A stretch of 64,000 nt of DNA. It comes from Takakia lepidozioides. Its lineage: Eukaryota; Plantae; Bryophyta. The notes under the pieces are model-generated. The model was not told the DNA's origin, did not search any database, and saw only the letters and a program-made list of their open reading frames with translations. The stretch's first letter is position 1; every line of letters begins with the position of its first letter. Where the stretch lies: contig CM060731.1 of assembly GCA_030704615.1 (NCBI GenBank), forward strand, positions 78,616,001-78,680,000, written 5' to 3'. A program made the translations under genes and the position numbers. This document shows positions 47,465-61,830 of the stretch, piece by piece.

Positions 47465-48975
47465 GTCAGAGGCATGGATAGCTGAAGGAGCAGGGATAGA
47501 GTGTGGGTCCAGATTCATCCAAGAGGGCTGGATTTCAAGCTCCACATTACCTATGATTCCCTGTGGAAGGATAGCTACAAGAAACCTACATGGGTAGATG
47601 GTCAACTGGAAGCGGCAGCAGCAGCGGCACAATTGATAAGGTCAGGCACTTCTACTGAAGGCACCTCCTTCAGCACATTTCACCCTGTTTTTCCCTCTTA
47701 TCCGTTTCTTGCGAGTTATCTTCTCTTATCTGTTTGTCTGCCCAGTCTTCAGTGAATGCGTCAAGGCTTTGTGTTTTGGCTTCTTCCTCGCTTTTGTCAC
47801 CCTCTCCCATGAATATCTCTGGTTGGCGCTCAAACCCTGCTGAGCTGTAGAAGTTGTCCATGCCAATGCATTCTTCTTCATCAAATCCATGTTTTTGCCC
47901 TAAATCCTTGATGTCTTGGCTGGATTTCTGCAGAATAGGCATCCCATCCCCTATTTTGGCCTTCTTTGCACTTCCCCGTGTCAACATGTTGATGTGGGGT
48001 GTTGTTGTAGTCTTATTGGAGTGTGATCAAATGGTATATCTCGTCCAACTCATCCAGTGCCTCCAGCTCATTATGAGTGAACTGACATGATACTTGTGCT
48101 GTTGGTTGCATCATGTACTCCGTGCTTGGCAATGGGTAAGCTGCTCCTCCTTCCACGTACTCATTGATCACTGCAAAAGGTACTCCATACATCTTCCCTT
48201 GAGGTCCTGCCCCTTTTTTTGCTTCTGTGATTGGTTCAGCTTTGCTGAAAGTTTGCCAAGACCCATGTTGGATTAGTGTGTGACAACTGTGTCTCATGTT
48301 ATTACAGATTTTAGACAATGTTCTTTGTGTTGGGCCTTCTAATGCCTTGTCTGATGGACTCAGGTTTGTCAAAATCAACTTGTATCCACTCTGCTTCCAT
48401 GTTGTTGCTGTCAGCATCTTGTTCTTTTGCCAGCTGAACCCCGACAGGGCCTGGGTCTTCCCTTCTGCCCGCATCAGAGCATTTCGCAATGTCTGTAGTT
48501 GCTTCATCCTTCCTCAACTCCGCCCTCTCTTTGGCAGGTTGCGCACCTTCACCACCTTTGTTGTTTTTTTATTTGCACATGGTATCTGCTGCTTGCGTAT
48601 CCTCATTGTAGTATTGAATATGCCCTGTAGGCATTGGCCTTACAAAGCCATTGTGCTCACTCTGGGTTTGGGTCATAGAACTTGGCTGTCATTGTCAGCT
48701 GCTAGCAGCAAGGCGAGGATGTATGCATGATTTGTGCAGGGGCATGGATAGTTGAAGGAGCAGGGATAGATGTGTGGGTCCACATTCATCCAAGAAGGCC
48801 GGATTTCAAGCTCCATATTACCTATGATTCTCTGTGGAAGGATAGGTACAAGAAACCTACATGGATAGATGGTCAACTGGAAGCCGCAGCAGCAGCGGCA
48901 CAATTGATCAAATCAGGCACTGTTAATCAAGGCACCTTCTTCAACACATTTCACCCTGTTTTTCCCTCTTATCAA
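47465..48975 (+). repeat. Diverged ~235-bp direct repeats (~47465-47702, ~48740-48972) flanking unknown - strand ORFs
   Basis: Both translate as IHPR..DFKLHITYDSLWKD.YKKPTW.DGQLEAAAAAAQLI. Confidence 0.75.
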
Positions 48976-51900
48976 ATCGGCCGTAAATATTGCACTGTTT
49001 AACAGGGTCCTTGATTCTAGTAGCACCAGAACAAACTAGTATTACAACAATTCAGCCCATGTGTGGGCTTGCTTATTTTTTGCTTACTGGACCTTTTCAG
49101 GCATGGATTTTTGGACCTTGTGGCCTTTGAGGTGTCCATTGGGACATTGGTCTCATTTGGATTTTTGTAATATAATTTACAGGGCGTGTATTTCCCTGTA
49201 CTTGTCTATTTTGAATGTCCTTGTGGTTGCTAGTATGCAAGAGGGGTCCATTCTGTTTTTATATCAGAATTTCACCATATAATGAAGAATTTAAATCATT
49301 TAATCTATTTTTATTTTATATAACATTATTAAATTAAACATTAATACCATTTAATAAAAAATTCCAAGCTGCTATCCCCTGTTTTCAAAAATAAAATATA
49401 AATTTAAGAATTTAAAATTACAAATATAACTATTAAAATATTTTCAGAGACATTCTTGATGACACGTGGCATAAACCCTGCCATATATGCTAGTCATATA
49501 TTATGTCTAAGTGCCACATGTCACATCTGAAGTGCAACATGTGTCGTGACGTGTCGCTTGCGCAGTGGTGCACGTGTTCCTCTAAAGCCTCTCCATGTAG
49601 GCAACGCTCATCAGACAATGTACTCATATAGTTAGTCGTATGTAAGTCATAGAGTTGTAACTACATCACTCTCTTATGCATGACTCCAGGTGAGACCATT
49701 TGCGCTTCAGATTGCTCTCTATGCCAAGCATGTTCTGGAGCATCTCCCCCATCCTCTTTTCCACTATCTGCTTCTTCGTGAGGCCATCATCAACATCATC
49801 TTCGGCGTCCGTCTCTCCCTCGGATGCAGTCTCCTCCTCACCTATTCTCGGAAGTATGGCGGGTTGCTGTTCTTCTCCAGAATCCGGCTCTTCCATCGCC
49901 AAACTTTCCTCTTTGCCCTCTTCTTCCTCGTTTTTCTCTTCGTCTACTCTTTCCATCCTCATTTTATGTCTGTTCTATTCCTGTCCCTAGTGCTCGTAAA
50001 GTATAACGACTTCCTTCTCTTCCTCTCCGGTGGAAACAAGGGCTCCCCACGCTGCCTCTAGAGCTCTCCAGTTTGACGTTTGCAACAAGGGTTGCTTTGG
50101 CATGTATCCAAAATAAAAATTGGACATTATTAACCGTATTTGGATGCAGGTGTCATCATTGTGTGCGAACGGAATTCATCCATTTCTGCGTTTTTGTATT
50201 ATCCAAGAAAAAAAGTGGTGGCACTCCCAATGTCGTTGCATGTACTTGTGATATATGGTCTGTTTTGGGAGATGGTGCGGGTTTTGCGCCACTTGCAGCT
50301 TCATCAAGCTGTATCTCCAGCATACATCTTGGAGAATGTGCCACTGATGGGCGATTCTCGGGCCAGGATGATGGCCAGTGTGCATCAAGTCCGGTCGTGG
50401 CTTGGGTCAGCAGTGTTGCTAGATGCAGCTACAGTGGGGTCACGGGCTCATCGTCCACGGCTATGGTGGACTAACTTGATGCCACCCGCACTGCTCAAGC
50501 GTGCATTTGATGGGGTGCAGCGGCCAGCACATCTCACAGTGGATAGCATTCTGGACACATGGAGGCAGTCTCAGCGTGTGAGACACGATGACCGTTCGCC
50601 TTTGGCAGTGGTCAACAAGGTGGGTCAACCACGAGCATCATTACCTACACTGCTCAGCTTCCCAGGATCGCATGCTTTCCGGGATAGTGGACCTGGCCTC
50701 CTGTGGGATGCTCAGTTGCAGCAGTTAGTGGAGCCTAATGCTGACGAGCGTGAGCGGGCAATGGGTTTTACCACTGGTACCACGGTGGTGTCGTCTCTTT
50801 CTGAGGCATCACGTCGTCAAGTGTTGGGGCAAGCAATGGATCTCAATTGCTTGACCTGGATTATCAGTTTGGCTCTGGCTGAGCAACGCAGAGTGCGGAG
50901 TATACTTCCCTCGATGGTCTCTCTGCCTACCGAGACGGTACAGGCAGTGAGTGGGGGCGTGTCACGCACCTCACTTCGGTAAACTCCCCTTCAAGTCATA
51001 GTTACTCGCTTTGATGCGCGCGCCTGACTCCCAACCTGGCCGCCGGGCCAACTTGGAGTTTCGGCTGCTCACCGGGACATAACGGTCCCCTTCCGCTTCC
51101 CTCTAAACCCTCCACCTATTTGGGACTAGGAGAATTCCCTTTGGTAGATGGCAGTCCGGAACAGCTCCCCACTCTTTGGTCGCTTTCCGGCTCGCTCGCT
51201 TACTCACTAGTTTTTGGTCACCAACGGGCTTGCACCGTTCTCGGGGTTACTACTCCCTATATATACTTCTGTAGCTGTCCGCGGGGGTTCCACAACCAGC
51301 CATGCCATTTTATGGCGAACCACCACGAAAACCCTCGACTCCCGGTGGTGAGTCGCGGTGAGTCTTGGCCCGCTCACCACGGCCCCTATGGACCGTGATG
51401 AGTCCCAAGACTCCCCACGACTCCCACCACGAGGTCTCCGCCCCCATGGTGAGTCCTATGCCACCCCACTAAGTCCCACTAAGCTACCACCACCCCTTGT
51501 GGAGCCACCCCCACCGCAACCCGGTGTGCGGGGCTCCACCTAGTGAGCGCCTCCGCTTCCTGAGTGCCTTGGGCACTCAAGGGTGGCTCAGCCCCCCATA
51601 CCTATCGCTGCTGCTGCCCCCACCACAGGGGCAGCCCCTCATGTGTCCCGACCCCCTGCCCTCAAGGCAAAGGGCCGCGACACACACCCTACCAACAGGG
51701 AGTCGATGTCCTCATCGACTTGTCCATTTTGTAGAAACGAACATCCAAGTTGTGGCGTCCCACATCAAGGAGTTTGTTTCTGTACCATGGCGTCCCATGG
51801 CAAAGAACCAAACCCCACACTTGACTCTACTCTCCACTAGCTAGTTCGGCCGACTTCCTCCAAGTCCCGGCCAAGGGTGGAGCCTCTCCAGCTCCTCCCA

Positions 51901-52587
51901 GTGCACTCTTCTTGGCCTACTTCAAGGCCAAGGAACGATCCTCCCCGAGGATCGAATCGCCTTACTGCAACAACATTGCTTGCGATCGCTCATGATGCCG
52001 CTTTTGGCATCACCTTGAGCAAGGGTTCACCTGGAACCCTCTTTGACTAGGAAGATAACCTTGAACCAACCGTGCGCCCCAATCACTACAATTGGGTCCG
52101 CCTTGGAATGCTGGCCTGAGGTACGGGAACACGCCGAAGCCGCACTACGACTTCGTCCCGAGGCTACACGATTATAGTACGTGAACGGAAGCACGTAGCT
52201 TCCGCGTTAGCCCGCACTACAAGGCAACCCCCTCGGTAGCGCAGTTATAGTACGCGCACGCGCCAGGTGCGCACTAGCACGTGAACTCCCAAATAAGGCG
52301 CAAGTTTCCTTGCCCCTTGGATGGGAGTCACCCGATTTCGGCACTGCGCAAACACACGATTAACCCAATTTACCTCTCCCACTTTTGTAAGCTAGCATGC
52401 ATTCTACACACTAGCCAACCACACCATGCATCACCATTCCAAACACAATAGGACGCATAATATTTGGAACCCATTTCCTTTATAACAAATTTTTGTACAA
52501 TACAAGTTTTTGCAATCGGATTCCTGAGCTAGCTAAACCGGGCTAAGCATGCATTTCCTCCCCCACGCTCCAAGGTTGATGTCCCCA

Positions 52588-55500
52588 TCAACGCTTCTTC
52601 CGCTTTTGAGGTCGCCCTTCGAACGCTGCAACTGCCTCGGATGCGTTTCCCATTTCTGAGGCACGCACCCAAGATGCCTCCACAAGATGATAGCCCTTCC
52701 ATTTGACGAGATACTCCGTTTCTCGGTTCTTGAACCTCCTCGACTTAAGTATTGCCTCCACCTCGTACTCAGGTTCATTTTCATGATCCAACAGCATAGG
52801 TGGCGGACGCAACACTTGCTGCCGATTCGGACGTGCTTCATCTTTGAAGTAAGGCTTCAAAAGGGAGACATGGAATACTGGGTGCACCTTGCTGTTTGCC
52901 GGCAGCTCCAATTCATACACATCCTCATTCATAACCCTCCGAATGCGAAAGGGACCCGCATACGGAGGTACGAACTTCGGACTCACTTCCGGAGGTAGTC
53001 GAAAATTCTTGATGTTCAACCAGACCTCTGTGCCTGCCTCAAACTTCACTTCCCTCCGCTTCCGATTCGCCTGCCTTTCATACCGTTTCCTAGCTTTGGC
53101 AATGTTGTACTTTGCGAGCTTCAACAAACGCTCGCGTTCTTCCAGTACCGCCGCTACTGCCGGTTCCTCAACGTCCTGGGCGGCCCAACTTGTCGGCACC
53201 AGAGGTGCTTTTCCATAGACCAACACAAAAGGGGAAACTCCCGTCGCGGAGTGTTCTGTGTTATTATAACAGAACTCTGCCGCGTCTAAGTGTTCCATCC
53301 AGTCTGATTGGTCTGCCGACACGTAATTCCGCAAGAATTGCTTCACTACGGAATTCACTCTTTCCGTTTGGCCGTCCGTCGTAGGTCGGAAGGCGGTGCT
53401 CATCTTCAGCCTCGTCCCCATCTTCTTCCAAAGTGCTCTCCAGAATTTACTCGTAAACTTTGGATCGCGGTCCGAGACAATATCCTTCGGGACTCCATGA
53501 TGCTTTAAGACGTGGGCGAAGTAAAGTCGCCCTGTCTCCTGCGCCGTTGCCGTCTCCTTGGTGGGGATGAAATGGGCCATTTTACTGAACCTATCTACCA
53601 CCACCATGATTGCATCGAATCCTTTTGACAGCGGCATAGCAGTCATGAAATCCATCGAGACGCTTTCCCAAGTCCCCTCTGGAATCGGCAAGGGTTGTAA
53701 CAGCCCCGCTTGCTTTTTGTACTCGCTCCGGTTTTGTTGGCATGTGGTGCATGTCTTGACATACTCCTCTGCCTCCTCCCTCAGTTTGGGCCAGAAATAC
53801 TCTTTCTTCAAGAGTGCCGCAGTGCGCTTGGCTCCACCGTGGCCCGCAAGCGGGCTATCATGGCATTCTCTCAAGAGACTATCCCTGATCCCTCCCTTTG
53901 GCACATAGAGACGTTTTTGCTTATACCGGAGCAGTCCGTTTTGCAAGTGGAACTGCGATTTAACCCCCATTCTCAAGTCCTGCATCACGCACTTTGCCAG
54001 CTCATCCTTCCGGCAAGCCTTCCGGATCTTCCTTTGGAGCGCCGTCTCGCCCTTGTACACCAACAAGAGCTGCTGCTTTCTACTTAAAGCATCGGCCACC
54101 ACATTGTCCCGTCCCGGTTTGTACTGGATATCCACGTCGAACACTGCCAAAGTATCTTGCCACCTAAGTTGTTTTGGGGACAACTTGGGCTGCGTGGCAA
54201 AATACTTCACCGTGACATTGTCCGTGAACACCTTCACTGGGTTGGAACCAACATAGTGGCGCCAGAGTTCAAGGCAATGCACCACCGCCTTCATCTCTTT
54301 TTCGTGCGTCGGCCACCGTCGCTCCACTTCATTCAGTTTCTTACTTTCGTAAGCCACTGGACGTCCATCTTGCATAAGTACACCCCCAATTGCGAAGTCC
54401 GATGCATCTGTATGAATCTCAAACGGACGATCGAACTCCGGGATTTTCAAGACTGGAGCTTCCGTCATCCGCTGCTTCAATTCAGCAAAAGCTTGGCCAC
54501 AAAATGTGTTCCATACCCAGACTTTGGATTTACACAGAAGGTCCGACAGCGGCCCCGCGATCTTGGCGAAATTTCTCACATACTTCCGGTAATAGGAGGC
54601 GAGTCCTAGGAAGGATCGCACTCCCGGGACCGAAGTCGGAGGCTCCCAGTCCAAGATCGCCCTCACCTTTCTGTCATCCATTTTGATCCCATCCTGTGTA
54701 ATCACATGCCCCAAGAACTCCACTTTTGTGACCCCGAATTCGCACTTTGAAGCTTTGGCATACAGCTTCCCTTCTCGCAATTTTGGAACACCCTTTTGAG
54801 GTGCTCCAGGTGCTCCTCCTTTGTTTTCGAGTACACCAAGATGTCGTCGATGTACACGATCACAAAGTCATCCAACCACTCCTGGAAAAGGCTGTTCATC
54901 AGCGTGCTAAATGTCGCTGGTGCATTGGTGAGCCCAAAAGGCATCACCAAGAACTCATATGAACCATACCTTGTCCTGCACGCGGTCTTCTCCTCATCTC
55001 CTTCTGCCACCCGAATTTGGTGATAGCCGGAGCGCAAGTCGATCCGGCTGAAATACTTCGCTCCTGCCAACCGATCGAAGAGGTCGTCGATCCTTGGCAA
55101 AGGGTACCGGTTTTTGATAGTCACCTTATTCAGAGCCCTGTAATCGACACACATCCGCAGCGTCCCATCCTTCTTGTCTGCAAATAGCACCGGGGCTCCG
55201 TAAGGTGACTTACTCGGCCGGATGTACCCCTTTGACATTAGATCCTTGAGCTGAGTCTTCAGCTCGACCAACTCTCTGTGGCTCAACCGGTAGGGCGCCT
55301 TGGCAGGTGGTCCCGATCCCGGTATCACCTCAATCTTGTGGTCAACTCCTCTTCGCGGTGGCAAGCCGCTTGGTAAATCCTCCGGCATCACATCCTGGTA
55401 TTTCTCCAAAATCCCCTTGATCCAATCTGGGCTCGGCTCCCCATCGCCTTCTCCTTTCACTTCTCTAATGTAAAGCAAAAACTGGGACTCGTGTGCCTCC

Positions 55501-55870
55501 TCCACGGCCCACTCCTTTGCTGACAGAAGGTTTATTCGCCCTCCCACGGATTTGGGCGTTTCCGACACTCGTAAAACCTCGCCACCATTCCCACATGGCA
55601 GCGTGACTACTCTCTTGCGGCCATCTATGACCGCTCCGGATTTGCTCAAAAAGGTCATCCCTAAAATGAGATCCACTCCATCGATCTCGCAGATAGTGAA
55701 GTTCTCACGTCCCTCCCAACTCCCCAGTTGAAGAGGAACATCAAACGCCAACCTTGTCGCCAACTGAGGTTCTCCTTTGGCAGAGCGCACCTCGATAGAG
55801 GCCCCCACGTCACTTGTCGGGAGTCCCAACTTTCGCGCCGCCACCGGCGTCATGAATGAGTGTGACGCTC
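52588..55870 (-). pseudogene. Pol of chromovirus B; protease catalytic Asp missing, 1-nt shift at ~54780
   Basis: [10 protein letters not shown] instead of [11 protein letters not shown]; RT, RH, INT and chromodomain otherwise intact. Confidence 0.9.
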
Positions 55871-57031
55871 CTTGCAAGTCCTGGCGACTACCGCTTCCAC
55901 CAAGCGACTGATGGTATCTTCCGACAGCTCCGTGGTCGCCCGAGTCATGTTCAATTGCCGGGGCTTCGTGCACTTCTTGGCCATGTGCCCGGGCTCCCCG
56001 CAATTGAAACACACTCCATCAAAAGTCGCCTTCTGTCCGCCATAAGCCGCTCCACCCGCTTTTCCTTTCGAAGCACCGGGTGCCGCCTTGACGTGTGAAG
56101 GACCTCCCTTCGATTTCCCCGTGCCATTTTCGCCGCGTGGCCTATCCCACTTCTTTTCCGGTCGGGAGGAGTCACCTTCCCGCCGGGTCTTCTTGTGGTT
56201 CAGCTCCGTACGGCCTTGTCTCTCACCCTTAGGGACATCCGAGAAACATTCAGCTCTCTCAATTGCCTCGTTCAAAGTCTTGGGTGGCTTCTCCTCCAAC
56301 TTCCGCCTAGCCCATGGGGCCAGTCCTGCCACAAAGTTGAAGACCATTTCTGGTTCTGCCATGTCCGCGACTTCGAGCAACAACACATTGAAAGCCTGGA
56401 CATACCCCCGAATGTCGTCTGTTTGCTTCAAATTCCTCATCTTGTCCCGGGCAAGCCAGGATGCGTTGAGGGGCACAAACTGTCTCTTCATCAATTCCTT
56501 GAACCCACTCCAGTTCAAGGTTTCCGGGCTTGGGCCTCGGTCGTGAAGGCGTTTCTGCCACCATTGTTGAGCATAGCCCCTCAAATAGGTGGGAGCCACT
56601 TCCACCCGATCCTCGTCACTCAACTTGGCCGCCCGGAAGTACTGCTCTAGCTCCAGGAGCCAGGTGTTGAGTGCCTTCCGGTTTCGAACGCCCTCGAAGG
56701 TGCCGGGTTCCTTAGGCTTCACCTTAAACTTTGTCTTAGTGGAAGTGGCATTAGCCGCCTTCAACACGTCTTTCAACGTCCCGCCAAACTGCGCCAACAA
56801 CCCTTCCCAAAAGGCTGCCGGCATGGGAGGCATCTCTTGGTTTGTCGGAGCTCTCAAGGATTCCTCGGGCTCCGACTCCTCGGATTCCTCCCGCTCCTGA
56901 GCGGCCTCATTTTCGGAAACATTCATCGCTTCCTCAAACGGCCGCCTCGGTGACACGTCGCCCCCGTCGGGCTCACCGGGATCATCATCTTTTGGGCCGT
57001 TCCGCTTTCGCTTCGGCTTGCCCGACCCCAT
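55850..57031 (-). CDS. Gag of chromovirus B (intact)
   Basis: Continuous ORF with retrotransposon gag motifs and [14 protein letters not shown]. Confidence 0.92.
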   Translation of the reverse strand: MGSGKPKRKRNGPKDDDPGEPDGGDVSPRRPFEEAMNVSENEAAQEREESEESEPEESLRAPTNQEMPPMPAAFWEGLLAQFGGTLKDVLKAANATSTKTKFKVKPKEPGTFEGVRNRKALNTWLLELEQYFRAAKLSDEDRVEVAPTYLRGYAQQWWQKRLHDRGPSPETLNWSGFKELMKRQFVPLNASWLARDKMRNLKQTDDIRGYVQAFNVLLLEVADMAEPEMVFNFVAGLAPWARRKLEEKPPKTLNEAIERAECFSDVPKGERQGRTELNHKKTRREGDSSRPEKKWDRPRGENGTGKSKGGPSHVKAAPGASKGKAGGAAYGGQKATFDGVCFNCGEPGHMAKKCTKPRQLNMTRATTELSEDTISRLVEAVVARTCKERHTHS

Positions 57032-60000
57032 GGTGAGGCCAATCCCAAGGACGATCGCGTACTGAACTCTAAGCTCTGATACCAAGTGTCACGCACCTCA
57101 CTTCGGTAAACTCCCCTTCAAGTCATAGTTACTCGCTTTGATGCGCGCGCCTGACTCCCAACCTGGCCGCCGGGCCAACTTGGAGTTTCGGCTGCTCACC
57201 GGGACATAACGGTCCCCTTCCGCTTCCCTCTAAACCCTCCACCTATTTGGGACTAGGAGAATTCCCTTTGGTAGATGGCAGTCCGGAACAGCTCCCCACT
57301 CTTTGGTCGCTTTCCAGCTCGCTCGCTTACTCACTAGTTTTTGGTCACCAACGGGCTTGCACCGTTCTCGGGGTTACTACTCCCTATATATACTTCTGTA
57401 GCTGTCCGCGGGGGTTCCACAACCAGCCATGCCATTTTATGGCGAACCACCACGAAAACCCTCGACTCCCGGTGGTGAGTCGCGGTGAGTCTTGGCCCGC
57501 TCACCACGGCCCCTATGGACCGTGATGAGTCCCAAGACTCCCCACGACTCCCACCACGAGGTCTCCGCCCCCATGGTGAGTCCTATGCCACCCCCACTAA
57601 GTCCCACTAAGCTACCACCACCCCTTGTGGAGCCACCCCCACCGCAACCCGGTGTGCGGGGCTCCACCTAGTGAGCGCCTCCGCTTCCCTGAGTGCCTTG
57701 GGCACTCAAGGGTGGCTCAGCCCCCCCATACCTATCGCTGCTGCTGCCCCCACCACAGGGGCAGCCCCTCATGTGTCCCGACCCTCCTGCCCTCAAGGCA
57801 AAGGGCCGCGACAGGGCGAGCATGTGAGAACCACGGGGTGCATGCATCCATGGCACACGTGGGAGGTGCTCGAGGTTAAGAGGGAGTTGGCAGCCAAGGC
57901 GGCTGTGATGGATGAGGTTGGGGATTCTTCCCAGTTGAGGAGGTCCTCAAGGATGAGATGATGGGGCATGATGAGGCCTTGTCATTGACTGAGTAGGCAG
58001 GGAGTACTGCTCAAGAGGTTGCAACATAGCAACCACTGGACGCGTCATCTACCTCTAAGCCCACTGGACTTAAGGTTGCAGTTACGGAGGACAATTGGGA
58101 GCCTGACATTGGACCCATTGTCACCGGAGGAGAGAGACGACGTATACGGCGGTTCTTGAGGGCTTACAAGAATTGCTTTGCCTTCAGTTTGAAGGACTTG
58201 GGAGCACTGAAGGGTCAAGAGATCCGTATTGAGTTGGCCACTGACATGCCAATCTTTCGGAGATCCTATAGATACAGTGACATGGAGAGGTCTTTGATTC
58301 TAATGAGGACTCAAGATCTCTGGGAGGCAGGTTTGGTGGAGCTCTCTGGTGGAGAGTATGCTTCAGCCACAGTGATGCCAGCCAAGAAGGATGTCTATGG
58401 CAATTGGACGGAGAGACGTATGTGCGGTGATTACCGGCCTGTAAATCGTCAGACCAAGTCCGATAAGTATGCCATGCCAACACCAGAGGAGATCTTTGAT
58501 GCCATCGGGCATGCTAAGGCTTTTAGCACTTTGGATTTACGATCCGGATATCACCAGTTGCCAATCAAGGAGGCGGACAAGCATAAGACGGCATTCTGGG
58601 GGATCAATGAGCACGGCAAGGATTGCCTATATCAGTGGCGGTTCTTACCATTTGGGCTTAAGAATGCTCCTGCAGAGTTTCAGAGAATCATGGATAGGAT
58701 TCTAGCAGGGGTGGACTTTGCTCGGTGCTACATAGATGGCATCATCATCTTTAGTGTTACGATGGAGGAGCATGAGAGACACTTTCAGGTGGTATTGGAG
58801 CGCTTGAGAGCGCACGGATTGAAGTTGCATCCGGGGAAGTGCAAGTTTTTCCACAACCAGATTGAGTATCTGGGTCACATGATATATCCTGGAGGATTGG
58901 GGGTACAACAGACTAAGGTAGAGGCCATTGCACAAATTCCACGCCCCACGGATGTGAGCCGAGTTCGAGCTTTCATGGGCTTGGCAAACTATTATAGACG
59001 GTTTGTCAAGGGATTTAGTACCATTGCAAAGGCTCTAACCAAACTGACCAAGGTGGACCAGGAGTGGCAGTGGGAAGATGAGCAGGAACGAGCTTTTCAA
59101 GAGCTCAAGGTGAGGTTGATCTCGGTGCCTATCCTGAGACAACCTATCAGGGGGCGTCCCTTTCAGTGGCATACGGATTGGAGCATGCTGGGGCTTGGAG
59201 CGGTGCTCACACAGGTGGATGATGATGGAAGAGAGTTCGTAGTGGCTTATGCTAGCCGCTCGAACAACGCTGCAGAGGCTAAGTACAGCTCATATGAGGG
59301 AGAGTGCTTAGCTGCAGTGTGGGCCGTGGCACACTTTAGGTGCTATCTATACGGCAATCTTTTCATCCTTGTCACGGATCACCAGCCACTCAAGTGGTTG
59401 ATGGAGTCAGACAAGCTTACGGGGAAGCTTGCACGGTGGGCACTCATACTCCAGGAGTATGACTTTTAGGTTGTGCATCGACCGGGTTTGGTCAATCGGG
59501 ATGCGGATGGATTGAGTCGCAATCCATGCATGAGCCAGCAGGATGACACTGGAGCTCGGTGGCATGGTGAGACGGACAAGGAGATGGTGCCGGGATGGCA
59601 CGCATCTGCATTTTTGTGTATCTTGGCATCGGGAGGTCAGGTTGGACCTACAACAGGGATGACTGTAGACGGAGTGTCCGAGGACCCTGAGGCTAGTGAT
59701 GAGCCAGGTGGTGCCAAAGATATACATGAGGATTCGGCTGTGTTGGACTACCTCCGCACGAGAGACACGGCAACCACTGTGACTGCCAGGGAGAGGGATC
59801 ATATCCTGCAACGAGCCAAGAGGTTCAAGTGGGAGGGGATACACCTACTTCGAGTGTGGGAAGATGGTCGGGTGAGGATTGCGCCTCACCCCACACAACG
59901 TGCACGGTTAGTGCGGCATGCCCATGAGGAGTTGGGGCATTTTGGAGTGCGACGCACTCACAGTTTACTGCAGGGGCAGTATTGGTGGCGTGGTATGCAC

Positions 60001-61441
60001 ACAAAGGTGCAACAGTTCGTGGCCAGGTGCATGGTGTGTGACAGGGTGCGTGCTTCATTCAACGCCCCTACACCACAGTTGCATCCTTTACCAATCATGG
60101 GATTGGGCTACAGGTGGAGTCTTGACTTCGCAGGACCGTTGCCACTGACTATGCGCCACCACAGATATGTGTTGGTGATGGTGGAGCACTTCTCCAAGTG
60201 GATTGAGTTGGCTCCATTGCCTGACAAGGCTAGTGAGGGGGCTGCGTATGCATTCTTGGATCGTGTGCTTAGCCGATTTGGTGCTCCAGCTGAGGTACTC
60301 ACGGACCAAGGGAGAGAGTTCTTGGGGGAGTTTCAGGCTTTGTGTGATAAAGCCTTGATAGACCACCGCACCACTTCTCGGGATCATCCTGAGGCCGATG
60401 GCTTGGCAGAGAGAGTTGTTCAGATGGTGAAGAGGGGTTTGCGCAAGTATGGCTTGCAGAAGGGACACCTAAGAGATTGGGATCTTCAGGTTCCTTGGTT
60501 AGCCATGAGCTACAGGTTCAGCAAACAAGCATCACTTGCCTCCTTCTCACCATATTTCCTTCTCACCATATTTCCTTCTCTTTGGCCGAGAGCCGGATTT
60601 GCCTGCAGCCATTCGTAGGGACACTGCTCAAGTCCTTAACCTTGACGATCCGGACGTTTAGGTACGTGCATGTGATCAGCGTGCAGAGTTGTTCAAGAAA
60701 GTCATGCCCATGGCTTTTGAGAACCTTGCCATTGCACAGCACCGTGATACGTTGAGGTATGCCACTATACGTGGTGGAGGATATCGTCCTGGGGTTCGAA
60801 GGTTTAGCCCTGGTGACTATGTTTATTTGCAGCAGACTGCTCCTACGACTCTGGATGTTACTGCAGGGCGTGTTATTCTGAGGGTTCAAGAGGTGTTGCC
60901 CTCATGAGTCCTGATCTTGGAGGGTCGGGATGGCATGACTTGGGAAAGACCATGTGCGTAATTGTGCGCCATGTCACCTTCCCAATGTCGATGCCAGAGT
61001 TGACCCAAACTTGGCAGTGGTACCTGCAGGTTTGAGGTGCATGCACTGTGGGTCTGCCAAATGGGCAGCCACCATGCTGGTGTGTGATCGATGCTCAAGG
61101 GGTTGACATATGGGATGCTTGACACCACCTCTTGAGAAGGTTCCTGACGGAGATTGGTTGTGTCCACACTGCTTGGGATAGTGGCAGTGGACATGACTGG
61201 AGGCAGCTAACAAGACATGGGAGGCCAAGCTCATAGAAGTCAATACATGAGATCCCAAGCTCAAGTTCACAGGTTGCAAGACGGCGACTAACGATGGGGC
61301 AACTCTTGCACCCGGCCTCTTGATCTATCGAGTTTGAGTGTAGTAGGGACAATGATGGAGGACTTAGTGAGGCTATAATCACTATCACATCTTGTGGCTA
61401 CCTGGACTTAGAGGGACCTAAGCACCAGCTAGGGGGACGAT

Positions 61442-61606
61442 TGTGTGGACTAGTGACTGCCATAGTGGGCAGCATAGTGGCAGCCTAGTGACTGACTAGT
61501 TGTAGCCTAGTGGTTGGACTAGTGATATACTAGTGTGTGGCGTGCACATGTGTTGTGTGGTTTTGTACAGCGATGTAGTTGTGTAGCAATACGTATGCGC
61601 ACGACA
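61442..61606 (+). repeat. Short 3' LTR-like terminus of DNMT-Gypsy copy 3 (165 bp)
   Basis: Follows the PPT; TGT..ACA ends; internal CTAGTG repeats; 3' ~60 bp shared with copy 1. Confidence 0.8.
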
Positions 61607-61830
61607 GGCTTCTTGCATCAAATAGGGACAAAATGGCAGCTAACAGTTTGAAGAAAATGGCATGTATCCAAGCCATGAGGGTATCTCAAATAGCTACCGA
61701 TCTTTTCCTTCTTAGAATCACCTTTCATGAATTAGATGTACTTGTCAATAATAAAAAACATTCGCCCAAGGTTACTGTGAAAATTAGGTCACTAAAAAAT
61801 GAATTGTGAGCTTCATCCTTGTTCTATCAA

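Larger units (their letters stand above)
50960..57813 (-). mobile_element. Full-length chromovirus B, 6854 bp, TSD GGGCG; lacks a 117-nt intron present in A
   Basis: LTRs 50960-51682 and 57087-57813; GGGCG at 50955-50959 and 57814-57818; PBS 57073-57084. Confidence 0.97.
50257..61606 (+). mobile_element. DNMT-Gypsy copy 3 (5'-truncated within the MTase), interrupted by chromovirus B
   Basis: 50257-50959 MTase C-half; 57819-61181 linker, TAG-CAA-CCA, RT (YIDG in place of YIDD), RH, INT, PHD with stops; PPT at ~61429-61440; 165-bp TGT..ACA end. Confidence 0.93.

Noticed and set aside
49440-49585. Right TIR matching 33119 (GGAAYRCGTGCRC-like, G-box rich)
   Set aside because: Only ~13 bp of imperfect similarity and no TSD; insufficient to define the element end.
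49666-49962. Acidic ORF as a host gene
   Set aside because: Low complexity, no domain or splice support; probably TE debris.
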